DNA from: a virus
Reading direction: 5' to 3' (one strand)
Length of the DNA stretch: 64,000 nucleotides
IMG/VR virus record: IMGVR_UViG_3300001460_000016
Span: 1-64,000 of that record
Within the stretch, counting starts at the first letter, position 1, and every line of letters begins with the position of its first letter. A program made the translations under genes and the position numbers. Positions 1 to 11,140 of the stretch are shown in pieces. The notes under the pieces were generated by a model, which was not told the origin of the DNA, ran no database searches, and worked only from the letters and a program-made list of their open reading frames with translations.

Positions 1-1444
1 ACATATTTCTGTCCACGAAGAAGATAAATCGTATCTTGTTGAACAGTATCGATAAAGTATTTGTTTCCACCCGCGTTGGCGACAGTTACAGCATAAGTTT
101 TGGCAAGAACCTGTTCACCCGTAGGACCAGTTGTCCCAGTAACACCAGCGGATCCAGCAGCACCAGTATTACCAGTAACACCACCAGATCCAGATGCAGC
201 ACTTGCTTGATGGGTTCCATCGGGGAAGGTGATTCCACCTGCGTCAAGAGAGATACCAGTTCCAGCATGAACATATGTTGCTGCTTCCAGTTTAGCCTGA
301 CTTACTATTCCCGCACTGGTTATATTTGCTCGTGTGGTGTTACCAGTAATAAAACTTATGTTGTTATTACTATTAATAGCCATTCCGTCATTATTACCAA
401 ACGATAAGTCAACAAACTTATTTGACCGTACATCACCACCAGCAGTAATTCCACCATCACTAGAGATACCAGCGACATGAACTATGGCGGTTGAATCGAT
501 ACCTAGAGTAGATCCAGCGAGTGTTAGTCCTGCTCCAGCAGTTATTGTAGATCCAGATGCGGCACTTACTTGATGGGTTCCATCGGGGAAGGTGATTCCA
601 CCTGCGTCAAGAGAGATACCAGTTCCAGCGTGAACATATGTTGATGCTTTGACATATGTTCCTGCTTTAACAAAACCATTGTTTGCGTTAAATCCACTAG
701 TAGTAATTGTTGCGTTGACTTGACTGTTGCCGTTGGTCACTCTCCATGTGAAGTTACCATCACTAAACCCATATTTAGAGTTTGCATTGCCTGAACTCTG
801 AACCATAGCACCATAATTAATAAAATTACCACCAGCAGTAATTCCACCATCACTAGAGATACCAGCAACATGAACAATGGCGGTTGGATCAATACCTAGA
901 GTAGATCCAGAAAGTGTCATACCTGCGCCAGCAGAGACTCCACCACCACCACCAGATCCAGCAGGGCCCTGTGCGCCCGTTTTACCTTGTTTCCCTGCAA
1001 GTTCTACCCATTGATTAGAATCACCATCATCAATGTAAACGGAGAAAACTCCAGCAGTAGAATCAAACCATAAGTCACCAGCAGAAGCACCAGCAGGAGC
1101 GCCACCAGTGAAGGACAAATCTACGGCACCAGTATTACCAGTGACACCTTGAGGACCGGTATCACCGATGGGCCCAGTTACACCTCCACCTGCACCAGAA
1201 CTAAATATTTCCCAATCACTATTACCAGTACCACCACTAAGAGAATAATACTTTAAATCATTCTCAACAAAAACCAACATACCTTGTTCGCGGCGATCGG
1301 CAGGAATTGCATCTCTGTCCGCAGTTGATCCAACATTACGCAAACCACCCAAACCAAAAGTTGGGTTCGTCACGGGGAAAGTATCCGCCGAATCTGTCGG
1401 TGAAATAAATCCACCTAATGGTACTCCTCCAGTTATACTTGCCA

Positions 1445-1445
<1 letters not shown>
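1..1445 (-). CDS. Tail-fibre-like or virion structural protein with collagen-like segments and internal repeats (3'-partial; absent from the ORF track)
   Basis: ATG at 1445 overlaps the upstream TAA (TAATG). The frame reads MASITGGVPLGGFISPTDSADTFP...GDLWFDSTAGVFSVYIDDGDSNQWVE...GITFPDGTHQ...YAVTVANAGGNKYFIDTVQQDTIYLLRGQKY and stays open to the window edge. These motifs are typical of T4-like fibre proteins. Confidence 0.8.
186..649. repeat. 101-bp direct repeat B (186-286 and 549-649)
   Basis: Manual alignment gives 4 mismatches in 101 nt. Encodes TYVHAGTGISLDAGGITFPDGTHQxSAASGS. Confidence 0.9.
435..910. repeat. 83-bp direct repeat A (435-517 and 828-910)
   Basis: Manual alignment gives 4 mismatches in 83 nt, 3 of them synonymous. 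Encodes GSTLGIDxTAIVHVAGISSDGGITAGG. Confidence 0.9.
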
Positions 1446-3402
<1,957 letters not shown>

Positions 3403-3406
<4 letters not shown>

Positions 3407-3852
3407 CTAGTTACCTCGGGTTCAACTTCAAATCTACCTTGAAGTATTCTGGTTACGGTACTGTCTGACAGGTTTGTCAATTCCAAATCATAAAAATGTC
3501 TACCAGATGGTATGTTTTGCATGGTAACATGATCAACTGATAAGAATATACCACCCGTTGTTCCTATTACACCAGCGGTACTAGAGTTCAATTCTATTCC
3601 ACCGATACCTGCAACACCACCAGTTCCCGTAAAATAACCAGTAGAACCACCACCGACAACACCCTTGTTACTGTCTCCGGTACTACCAGTTACAGAGAGA
3701 AGGATATTCTCGGTGGTGTAAGATTTTCTGACCTGCATAGAAGCAGAATATGTGTTTAAATCTACTACAACTTCAGATGAATTGTAGAATGTCACATGAA
3801 ACTTAAACGTACTTCCACGGTCTACTGTTATATTGTATTCGCCTGCGGGCAT
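3403..3852 (-). CDS. Small beta-sandwich virion protein, putative fibre adaptor; paralog of 38681..39184
   Basis: N-terminal [21 protein letters not shown] and C-terminal FYDLEL...[16 protein letters not shown] pattern, common in phage genes that precede fibre genes. AGGAG SD. Confidence 0.6.
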
Positions 3853-3867
3853 AGTTTTCTCCTAACG

Positions 3868-3875
3868 TATTTAGG
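3868..3875 (-). promoter_or_regulatory. T4-type late promoter CCTAAATA
   Basis: Intergenic, 15 nt upstream of the ATG at 3852, matches the xxTAAATA motif before other late genes. Confidence 0.65.
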
Positions 3876-3914
3876 AAGATTTATTTGTCTGCATACTATA
3901 CATTTACACTCAAA

Positions 3915-5171
3915 TCACTTTTTCTTTTTCTTATAAGACTTCTTTTTGGTTTCTTTTTTCTGTGCAAACCCATATTTTTCTTGCATATCTTGTGCGTTCT
4001 TCTTAGATTCTGTAATTTGTTGATTTCTTTGTTTAATGGCGTTAATATACATATCTCTATTATTAGAAATTCGTTCCACTTGTTCCTTTGGAACTTTACC
4101 ACCAGATAAAAGTTTATTACAAGCGTCTAAACCCTCTTCTAACTGTCCTGCATAAAATGCAGTAGAACCAAGTTCATCAAGAACCATCCAATCATAGATG
4201 TCAGAAGCAAGGAATAGAATATCCTGTTCTGGAAAACCTATCTTTGCAGCTTGAGCTGCGTAGATATAGGCAAGTCGAGGGTGACCGTTGAGTCTAAATA
4301 CCCTCGAAATTTGATGAAGTGGTTCTGCACGCCAAGGTCTATTCTCCCATGCAGCAAGAAAAGCAGCTTGTGTATTTTCCCACGATTCTTCTAAAAGTCC
4401 AGAACATATTGCTACTCTATAAAGTGAATAGAATACCTCTTCGTCCCATCCGCCCATCTTTGCTCTCTTTTCATACCACTCTTTGGATAGAGCATATTCC
4501 TGAGAATCAAAATAACTCTGAGCAAGATAGAAATGGTAACGATCATTTGTAGGATCATATACATCAGAATCAGGATTCAACAAAGCATCTTTAAGAGTCT
4601 CTGCATCTCGTAGATATTTCTCCTTAGCACTTATGCCTACATTGCGGCCGCCTTCGGTTCGAGCATGTACAAAATACTCTCCCGGAATCTGAGCCATTTG
4701 TTTTTCTTCTCTACCTTCACAATGGGCATATTCGTGAAGAACACCAACATAAAACCATTTATCTTCAGTTCTGAAGATTTGATTTCTCCACCAAGTAAAC
4801 TCTGGTCCTCTACCAATTCGGAGAGAGTATGAACTAAATCGAGTTTTCTCAATAAAGGTCAAGAGTGACTTGATATCACCTTCTAATGAATCATCCGCGT
4901 CGATGACCCACGCATAATCGGCCTTACCGTCACAGTTACGAAGTGCCTGTGTTCTCGACTTACCAAATCCCTGCCAAGGAATCTCATGAACCTCGCCGGG
5001 AATTCCCTTCTCATCAAAGAACTCTTTGATTATTTCTTTAGTCTTATCACTCGAACCGGTATCAGAAATATCATATCGATCAATGTGAGGTGCCATCGAT
5101 TCTAGACATCTCTTGATGCAGTGTTCTTCATCTTTCACGATCATACAAAGTGTAATTGTTGGGCGCGGCAT
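3915..5171 (-). CDS. GT2 glycosyltransferase with C-terminal TPR repeats
   Basis: ITLCMIVKDEE..I.RCLES, DTGSSDKT, WVIDADD and YVGVLHE motifs; TPR-like helices (RYHFYLAQSY, RPWRAEPL); poly-Lys tail. Confidence 0.9.
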   Translation of the reverse strand: MPRPTITLCMIVKDEEHCIKRCLESMAPHIDRYDISDTGSSDKTKEIIKEFFDEKGIPGEVHEIPWQGFGKSRTQALRNCDGKADYAWVIDADDSLEGDIKSLLTFIEKTRFSSYSLRIGRGPEFTWWRNQIFRTEDKWFYVGVLHEYAHCEGREEKQMAQIPGEYFVHARTEGGRNVGISAKEKYLRDAETLKDALLNPDSDVYDPTNDRYHFYLAQSYFDSQEYALSKEWYEKRAKMGGWDEEVFYSLYRVAICSGLLEESWENTQAAFLAAWENRPWRAEPLHQISRVFRLNGHPRLAYIYAAQAAKIGFPEQDILFLASDIYDWMVLDELGSTAFYAGQLEEGLDACNKLLSGGKVPKEQVERISNNRDMYINAIKQRNQQITESKKNAQDMQEKYGFAQKKETKKKSYKKKKK

Positions 5172-6121
5172 AATATCTCCATAATTTTAATTGCTGACTT
5201 ACCATCACCAAAAGGGCAAGGCTTGTCTAGTATGTAGGTGTTTTTAATTGAGTTTACCATTGAGGGAAGGTCTTTTGGAGTTAAACAAAGAACACCATGA
5301 TGTTCTAACACCTCTGGTCGTTCCGTTGTCTCTCGACATATAATAATTTTCTTGTTGAAGAACGATCCTTCTTCCTGTAGTCCACCACTATCCGTAATCA
5401 GGAACTTACAGTTTGCAATCCGTTTCACCATCTCATCATGGGGTAATGGATCGATCACATTTACATTCTTCAGTTTATCTACGGCATTCATAACAACAGG
5501 ATTGGGATGTCGAATCACTGTGACGTTTTCGTCTAGACTGTCGAGTTCTCTCATCCAGTCGTCGATGATGTGGTGGTTCTCTCGACGATGAATGGTCACA
5601 AGAACCTCGTCACCATAAGATGATTCAACATCGACTAGGTTATCCAGAACGGTATTTCCCACGACATGAATCTCACCACCGACAGAATCACGAAGCAAAT
5701 GAGTCTTTGCAATCTTAGTAGGACAGAGATGAATGTCTGTGATGCGTGAAGTCATCTGACGATATCCCTCTTCTGGGTAAGGGTGATTGAGATTATAAGT
5801 TCGTAGTCCTGCTTCCAGATGAATAACGGGAACCTTGTGGTTGAAGGCAGTTAGAGCAACAGCAAAACTAGTTACAGTATCCCCCATCGACAAAACCGCA
5901 GTAACATCTTTGAAGTTAATATTATTCATGACAGAAGAGATGATTGAGTCGAGACGATTCACCCCCTCAGTGATCTTCAACTTATCATGAAACCAACCAC
6001 CAGAAATATCTGCGTGTTGTCCAGTAAACAACACTCGGTAGGGAACTTTACCCTCGAAGGCTTTGATCAGGGGTTTAATTTTTATCCACTCGGGACGAGT
6101 GCCATAACATAGTAAGATCAT
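5141..6121 (-). CDS. wecB: UDP-N-acetylglucosamine 2-epimerase (non-hydrolysing)
   Basis: GTRPEWIK, TGQH, GDT, HLEAGLRT..PYPEE, TIHRREN, TDSGGLQEE and RETTERPE motifs. Confidence 0.93.
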   Translation of the reverse strand: MILLCYGTRPEWIKIKPLIKAFEGKVPYRVLFTGQHADISGGWFHDKLKITEGVNRLDSIISSVMNNINFKDVTAVLSMGDTVTSFAVALTAFNHKVPVIHLEAGLRTYNLNHPYPEEGYRQMTSRITDIHLCPTKIAKTHLLRDSVGGEIHVVGNTVLDNLVDVESSYGDEVLVTIHRRENHHIIDDWMRELDSLDENVTVIRHPNPVVMNAVDKLKNVNVIDPLPHDEMVKRIANCKFLITDSGGLQEEGSFFNKKIIICRETTERPEVLEHHGVLCLTPKDLPSMVNSIKNTYILDKPCPFGDGKSAIKIMEILCRAQQLHFV

Positions 6122-7074
6122 TGATTTGTGAATAACCTATTATTGTATGAAATAATTTCGTAAGCTTCTATTAGTTCTTTTATACCCACATGTAAATCAA
6201 CAGATGGTTTCCATCCAAGAGATTCTATTTTATCATTACTTACGATATAATTTCTCTTATCTGGGTCGTTGTCAATCTCAGATTCTTGAATAGAAAAGTT
6301 TGGAATGTATTTTTTTATAGTCTCACATAATTCCATCTTTGAAAGATTGGCACTACTGAGTCCTACATTGAATGATTCGCCTTTCATTTTATCATAATGT
6401 TCAATAGCAAAAATCATTGCACCAACTACGTCTTTGACATGAATGAAGTTTCTCTTGAAGGAACTTTCGAAAAGAACAATGTATTTATCTGTACACGCTT
6501 TGTATGTAAAATCATTTACAAGTAAGTCGAGTCTCATTCGTTCGGAAATTCCAAACACCGTTGCAAGTCGAAGACAAACTGCACCTGATGTTTCCTTAAG
6601 ATAGTTTTCTGCATTTACTTTAGTTGTACCGTAAAGACTTAAAGGGGCGAGTGGAGTTTCTTCGTTACAGTGAACAAGTTCTCCATCTTTCATTTCCCCG
6701 ATCCCATAACCAGAATTGGTAGTTGGGAAAATAATTTTCTTATTATTACCAACAATATCCGCTATGTGTTTCACTGCGTCTTCATTAACTTGAACCGCGG
6801 CTCTCTCGTCCTTCTTACAAGCAGGCATTCCTACGATACAAGCAAGAGGAATAATAATGTCATGTTCTTTAATGAGAGGATCAATTAAATCATAATCTCT
6901 AACATCTCCTTTTACAAATTTAAACTTGGGATTGAAACAATGTGTAGTTAGTGTTGTTTGTCTATACATTAGATTATCAACTACTGTAACATCATATCCC
7001 ATATCCAATAATACTGGAACAAGAGTTGTCCCAATATATCCAGCACCACCCGTAATCAAAACACGATCATTCAT
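6118..7074 (-). CDS. NAD-dependent nucleotide-sugar epimerase/dehydratase (extended SDR)
   Basis: TGGAGYIG, YGTTK (YxxxK) and RLATVFG.S.RMRLDLLVN. Confidence 0.9.
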   Translation of the reverse strand: MNDRVLITGGAGYIGTTLVPVLLDMGYDVTVVDNLMYRQTTLTTHCFNPKFKFVKGDVRDYDLIDPLIKEHDIIIPLACIVGMPACKKDERAAVQVNEDAVKHIADIVGNNKKIIFPTTNSGYGIGEMKDGELVHCNEETPLAPLSLYGTTKVNAENYLKETSGAVCLRLATVFGISERMRLDLLVNDFTYKACTDKYIVLFESSFKRNFIHVKDVVGAMIFAIEHYDKMKGESFNVGLSSANLSKMELCETIKKYIPNFSIQESEIDNDPDKRNYIVSNDKIESLGWKPSVDLHVGIKELIEAYEIISYNNRLFTNQ

Positions 7075-7280
7075 TTATCACAAACCTTTCCATATGAAAT
7101 TTTATTCCATATTCTTTCGTAAAAAAAGTAAACAAAAAAACCACTAACATTCATAAACACTGCGTTCCATATATGTTTGTCGGTCATAGCCAAATACAAA
7201 ATTATAAAACTATTAAGTGTAGCAAACAATCTCCACAATATAGTTTTTAGAATTGTTCGTAACTTAGTCTCTTCGTACAT
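7071..7280 (-). CDS. Small membrane protein, DUF2061-like
   Basis: ETKLRTILKTILWR...YFFYERIWNKISYG pattern with two hydrophobic segments. ATG at 7280 is preferred over TTG at 7283. Confidence 0.7.
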   Translation of the reverse strand: MYEETKLRTILKTILWRLFATLNSFIILYLAMTDKHIWNAVFMNVSGFFVYFFYERIWNKISYGKVCDK

Positions 7281-7671
7281 CAAGTATTCCTGTTGTAGAG
7301 TAGTTTGCTATTCTATCAAAGAAAAGAATTTCTCCAGAGTACTCTTTCCCCACAATGGGGAGTTTCCTATAATCACCACCTATTACTCTATACACGGGAC
7401 ACATTTCTTTCAATAAAGAAATCAATTCTTCGTTACTACCAAATGAAACTACCCCATTTACATATTTGATCGAACGAACAAGTTCCATCCTATCATCTAA
7501 TGTATTTATTGGACGAGAATTACCTTTTAATTCTTTAATTCTCTCGTCTGTATCCAATCCCACTACGACTCTTCCGCCGAGACTACTTGCATATTTGAAC
7601 ATCTCAATATGACCGCGATGTAAAATATCAAAACATCCATTTACCCAAATTATAGAATAGTTTTCAACCAA
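7264..7671 (-). CDS. Cytidylyl/adenylyltransferase, HldE (RfaE) domain II-like
   Basis: NGCFDILHRGH (HIGH-type), GLDTD..IK.LKG.SRPIN, GGDY and YSTT. Confidence 0.88.
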   Translation of the reverse strand: MVENYSIIWVNGCFDILHRGHIEMFKYASSLGGRVVVGLDTDERIKELKGNSRPINTLDDRMELVRSIKYVNGVVSFGSNEELISLLKEMCPVYRVIGGDYRKLPIVGKEYSGEILFFDRIANYSTTGILDVRRD

Positions 7672-7744
7672 TTTGACTATCTCCCGATTCTACTCTATAA
7701 CTATCTTCATCAAAGTGGGTGGTAGAAACTTCATAAATGATCAC
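7664..7744 (-). pseudogene. 26-aa mini-ORF, probable C-terminal relic of a cupin sugar-isomerase-like gene
   Basis: GTG...TGA encodes MIIYEVSTTHFDEDSYRVESGDSQIG. This resembles the E.ST.HFDEDSYR..GD C-terminus of cupin proteins from phage sugar clusters. It overlaps both neighbours. Confidence 0.55.
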
Positions 7745-8492
7745 CTACCTTATTTACTCCTCTGTGTTGGACCACAATTGAAGCATATTCATTACCCCGT
7801 TGGATAGACTTACTTACATCTTTTGTTTTTAGATACTCTGAAATAAAACCCGTCAAAAAAGTATCACCTGCACCAGCTAGATCTTTTACTTCGACTGACT
7901 CTACCGGATATGATTTCCCATCATATAGGCAACCCTTTTCACTCAAAGTAACAATTAGTTTGGTATCAAAAGAAAAGTTACACTTGTCTAACATGTGTTT
8001 TGTTTTTTCATACTCATACTCATTTATTTTTATAAAGTTTACATCTCGACACCAATCACCTAGTTTCTTTTTAGTATCCATTATCACTAGTGGATGTTGA
8101 CATGATATCCATTTAATGTCACTTTCAGTTAAAAACCCATGATCATAATCTGAAATTATGATCGCATCGTATTTTTTAAAATCAATATTTTTTTGAATAT
8201 CTTTTATCCTTTCCACTCTTCTTCCATGAGAGTCTACTCGGATAATGCAGTGATTAGTTCTGTGTTCTACATATCTTGTTTTTGTTATCTCTTCTTCATT
8301 GGTCACAAGATCGCACTGATCTCCAATCGAAAGAAGATTGTCATACACATTCCTACACATTCCACCATTAGAAGTTTGATATAGAGACTCAAATACGGGA
8401 ACTGGTCCTTCGGGTGCAAGTCTTTCACACTTACCGTAGATGTAAATATCAACACAAGAATCACCAATAATTAATATTCTTGGGTTCACCAA
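7731..8492 (-). CDS. PfkB-family sugar kinase, HldE (RfaE) domain I-like
   Basis: IGDSCVD.Y.YG.CERLAPEGPVP, ISDY and DLAGAGDTF PfkB signature. The start may be GTG at 8489. Confidence 0.88.
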   Translation of the reverse strand: MVNPRILIIGDSCVDIYIYGKCERLAPEGPVPVFESLYQTSNGGMCRNVYDNLLSIGDQCDLVTNEEEITKTRYVEHRTNHCIIRVDSHGRRVERIKDIQKNIDFKKYDAIIISDYDHGFLTESDIKWISCQHPLVIMDTKKKLGDWCRDVNFIKINEYEYEKTKHMLDKCNFSFDTKLIVTLSEKGCLYDGKSYPVESVEVKDLAGAGDTFLTGFISEYLKTKDVSKSIQRGNEYASIVVQHRGVNKVGDHL

Positions 8493-8881
8493 CTAATCTC
8501 CCAATCTTTAAATTCACTAGCAAGACAGTCAATTTTATAATCTTGTCTTCCGCCTACCTTTTCCTGTATTTTATTTTTAGCCGTGTTACGAATTCCGTTT
8601 AATCCGTGAGTCAGACTCAAGTCTGCTCCTTCTTTTCCATTCCTGCAATCGGATTCATTGTGCCATATGTGAAGATTCATCTGAGACAAAACAACAATAT
8701 CTCGAATCATGTTCGCGTCGGGTTTATGTTCCTCTAACAATAAATCAATATCATGAAGAATAAGTTGAATTTCTTCAGAATAATTTTCTTTGTGTTCTGG
8801 AATAAACACTTCTTTCAATTGAGTAATACTCAACCGATCTATTAATTCTGATAGGGTGGGTAAATATTTTCTGTCTTTCAT
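8486..8881 (-). CDS. Hypothetical helical protein of the sugar cluster
   Basis: RKYLPTLSELIDRLSITQLKE...NLHIWHNES. ATG at 8881 overlaps the stop of the upstream mini-ORF (ATGA), so it is preferred over TTG at 8896. Confidence 0.7.
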   Translation of the reverse strand: MKDRKYLPTLSELIDRLSITQLKEVFIPEHKENYSEEIQLILHDIDLLLEEHKPDANMIRDIVVLSQMNLHIWHNESDCRNGKEGADLSLTHGLNGIRNTAKNKIQEKVGGRQDYKIDCLASEFKDWEISW

Positions 8882-9012
8882 TTCCAAAATCTCCAAAAGT
8901 AAATTTCACGTTTTTTCGCATACCAGTCTAATCTAGGAGTGATCTTATGTAAGAGATAATTATACACTCTTTGTGCAAATAAACCTAATAAAAAACCTGC
9001 GATTATTTCCAT
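8878..9012 (-). CDS. 44-aa putative membrane peptide (not in ORF track)
   Basis: MEIIAGFLLGLFAQRVYNYLLHKITPRLDWYAKKREIYFWRFWK. Fills the gap exactly and overlaps both neighbours. Confidence 0.6.
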   Translation of the reverse strand: MEIIAGFLLGLFAQRVYNYLLHKITPRLDWYAKKREIYFWRFWK

Positions 9013-9917
9013 TTTTCAATCTCTCTTATATAATAATCTACGCAACTCTGAATCCCATCCTTTAGATTTGTTTTAATAAACTGTACACCTTTTAGATAAG
9101 TCAGTACCTTTTTAGTATCAATTTTCTTTTCTTTGACACCAACATATTTATACAAATCGTGTTCAATTAAGTCGGAGTTATAATCAAAAGCGTCACATAC
9201 AAGAGTAGCAAATTCATTTATTGAATTATCTTCACCTGAACCCAAGTTAAATATCTGATTATCATAACCAAGAAGATTAATAATTGCATCAATAGCATCG
9301 TCAATATAAATTAGTTCTCTTCTCTGTTCTCCATTTCCCCATACTATAAACTTCTCATCTTTGTGTTTTGCATTATAACAATTTCGAACAAAATCAAAAA
9401 TGAAATGATTATCATCCAATTCAAAGTCTGGACCATACAGTGTAGAAGGAATAAAATATAACCACTTTAAATTGTGTTGTTTCTCTATTGACTGAAGACC
9501 ATTAAGCAACATACGTTTTGTCATGGCATATGTGTATAGACTTTCCTCTGGTTCTCCTAGAAGATAGTTGTCTTCTTTCATATGAATATCAGGTGAGTAT
9601 GAACAACTTGTTCCCATACAGATAATCTTTGATTGTGGTTGACATGTTTGCCAATATTTTAAAATATTGGTATTGATTGTTTGATTTTCCAACCATTGAG
9701 TGGCAGGATTTTTTAAACAATAATCTCCTGCTTTTGTCACAGCAGCCAAATGAAAAATATAATCAAATTTAATATCATTAAAACACCGCAAATTATCAAC
9801 ACTACTTAAATTAGCATGTTGTGTATTTGAAATTGATACATCCCATCCCAATTCTTTTAATTTTCGAACCAGATGAGTTCCTAGAAATCCTGTTGCACCT
9901 GTTACTAATACTTTCAA
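9003..9917 (-). CDS. GDP-L-fucose synthase-like epimerase/reductase (Fcl/WcaG-like SDR)
   Basis: TGATGFLG, GTSCSY, YAMTKR, LYGP and VWGNGEQRRELIYIDD. Confidence 0.82.
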   Translation of the reverse strand: MKVLVTGATGFLGTHLVRKLKELGWDVSISNTQHANLSSVDNLRCFNDIKFDYIFHLAAVTKAGDYCLKNPATQWLENQTINTNILKYWQTCQPQSKIICMGTSCSYSPDIHMKEDNYLLGEPEESLYTYAMTKRMLLNGLQSIEKQHNLKWLYFIPSTLYGPDFELDDNHFIFDFVRNCYNAKHKDEKFIVWGNGEQRRELIYIDDAIDAIINLLGYDNQIFNLGSGEDNSINEFATLVCDAFDYNSDLIEHDLYKYVGVKEKKIDTKKVLTYLKGVQFIKTNLKDGIQSCVDYYIREIEKWK

Positions 9918-11140
9918 TTGATTACCACCTCTCTTGACACTACTTCAATTTCTGGAAATGGAATGATAAAACTAACTCCCTCTTCTATAATGTCTTGATT
10001 TTTCTTTATAATTTCGTCTGCAAAATTATGAGAAAGTAAAAGATAATAATCGGGGAGGTCGGTCTTGTCTTCTTTGTAAATTGGAATATGAGATTTTGGG
10101 AGATAGTTTCCAATTTTCATTTCGTTAATTTCAACGGACTTGTCTACAAGTGTTTTATCAATGTCAAAGTAATTTAGTAGAGTGTTGCCTTTTGCTGGCG
10201 CACCATAGACGTAAATTGTCTTTCCTTGTTCTTTCAGATCTACTAGAAAATCTTTCAGTTTCTCTTTACTACTTTCTACTTCCTGTGCAAAAGAGACAAA
10301 TGTATCAGTCGTGTATTTCTCATCTTTTCGTGCAAGTTCAATAAACCTATCAGTCTTTTTGTTTAGTGAACTATCTGAGTGACAAATCTTTGCGATGATT
10401 GAACCGCTATGAATGCCTGAATAATATCCGTCAAAGATTTCGAGTCCATAAGGCTTTAGAAGATTTGATAAACTCTTGATGGTATAATAACAAAGATGTT
10501 CGTGATAAATGGTATCGAAGTTCTTACCTTCAATCATTGCTCCTGCGTACATAAACTGAACAATCAATACACCGTCATCTCTTAGACTTTTCTTGATACC
10601 TCGAATTACACTGTGTAGTTCTTCTAGATGAAAGAAGACACCCGATGCGTTATAGAGTTTGACAGTCTTTTCGCCTAACTGACTATCTACAGTATCTTCA
10701 TCGAAGAATTCTGTAAGAGTGGGGACACCATTTTTTCTTGCAATGTTCGACACTCTAATCGCAGATTCTATGTTAAGAACATTATCACAACCGAGTTTCT
10801 GGTATTGTTTCAACTGCGAGCCATCATTTCCACCAATATCAACAATCAAATCGTCTTGTTGAATATCAAACTGTTCTGTGTTTTCTTTTGCTACTTCGTA
10901 AAAGTGATTGATAAGAGTATCAGTCATACCAGACAAGTATTGGTGGTCCTGAAACATAGTTTCCTTGGGAACGGTGTGGTCTAACTGAAGCAGTTCGCAA
11001 TCTAAACAAGTGCAAAGACGAAGGGGGTAAAACTTTTCCTTTCCCAAGTTTTCTTTGCTCAAGAAATCATTGCACCACGGCTGTTCGCCTAGGTCTAGAA
11101 TCAACTTTAAATTTGTACTGTTACATCCTCTACACTTCAC
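9914..11140 (-). CDS. NDP-hexose C-methyltransferase (class I SAM, N-terminal Zn site)
   Basis: CRGC...LDLG.QP...CLDCELLQL, DIGGNDGS, FDTIYHEHLCY, YGAPAKGNTLLN and FIIPFP. Confidence 0.9.
   Translation of the reverse strand: MKCRGCNSTNLKLILDLGEQPWCNDFLSKENLGKEKFYPLRLCTCLDCELLQLDHTVPKETMFQDHQYLSGMTDTLINHFYEVAKENTEQFDIQQDDLIVDIGGNDGSQLKQYQKLGCDNVLNIESAIRVSNIARKNGVPTLTEFFDEDTVDSQLGEKTVKLYNASGVFFHLEELHSVIRGIKKSLRDDGVLIVQFMYAGAMIEGKNFDTIYHEHLCYYTIKSLSNLLKPYGLEIFDGYYSGIHSGSIIAKICHSDSSLNKKTDRFIELARKDEKYTTDTFVSFAQEVESSKEKLKDFLVDLKEQGKTIYVYGAPAKGNTLLNYFDIDKTLVDKSVEINEMKIGNYLPKSHIPIYKEDKTDLPDYYLLLSHNFADEIIKKNQDIIEEGVSFIIPFPEIEVVSREVVIN

Noticed and set aside
186-910. Diversity-generating retroelement TR/VR pair
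   Set aside because: Mismatches are few, mostly at third codon positions and not adenine-specific. Both copies lie in one ORF, and no reverse transcriptase is in the window.
8959-8987. TGTATAATTA box resembling the gp55/uvsY -10 element
   Set aside because: The -35 position reads TAGGTT and the box lies inside a coding mini-ORF, so the evidence is insufficient.
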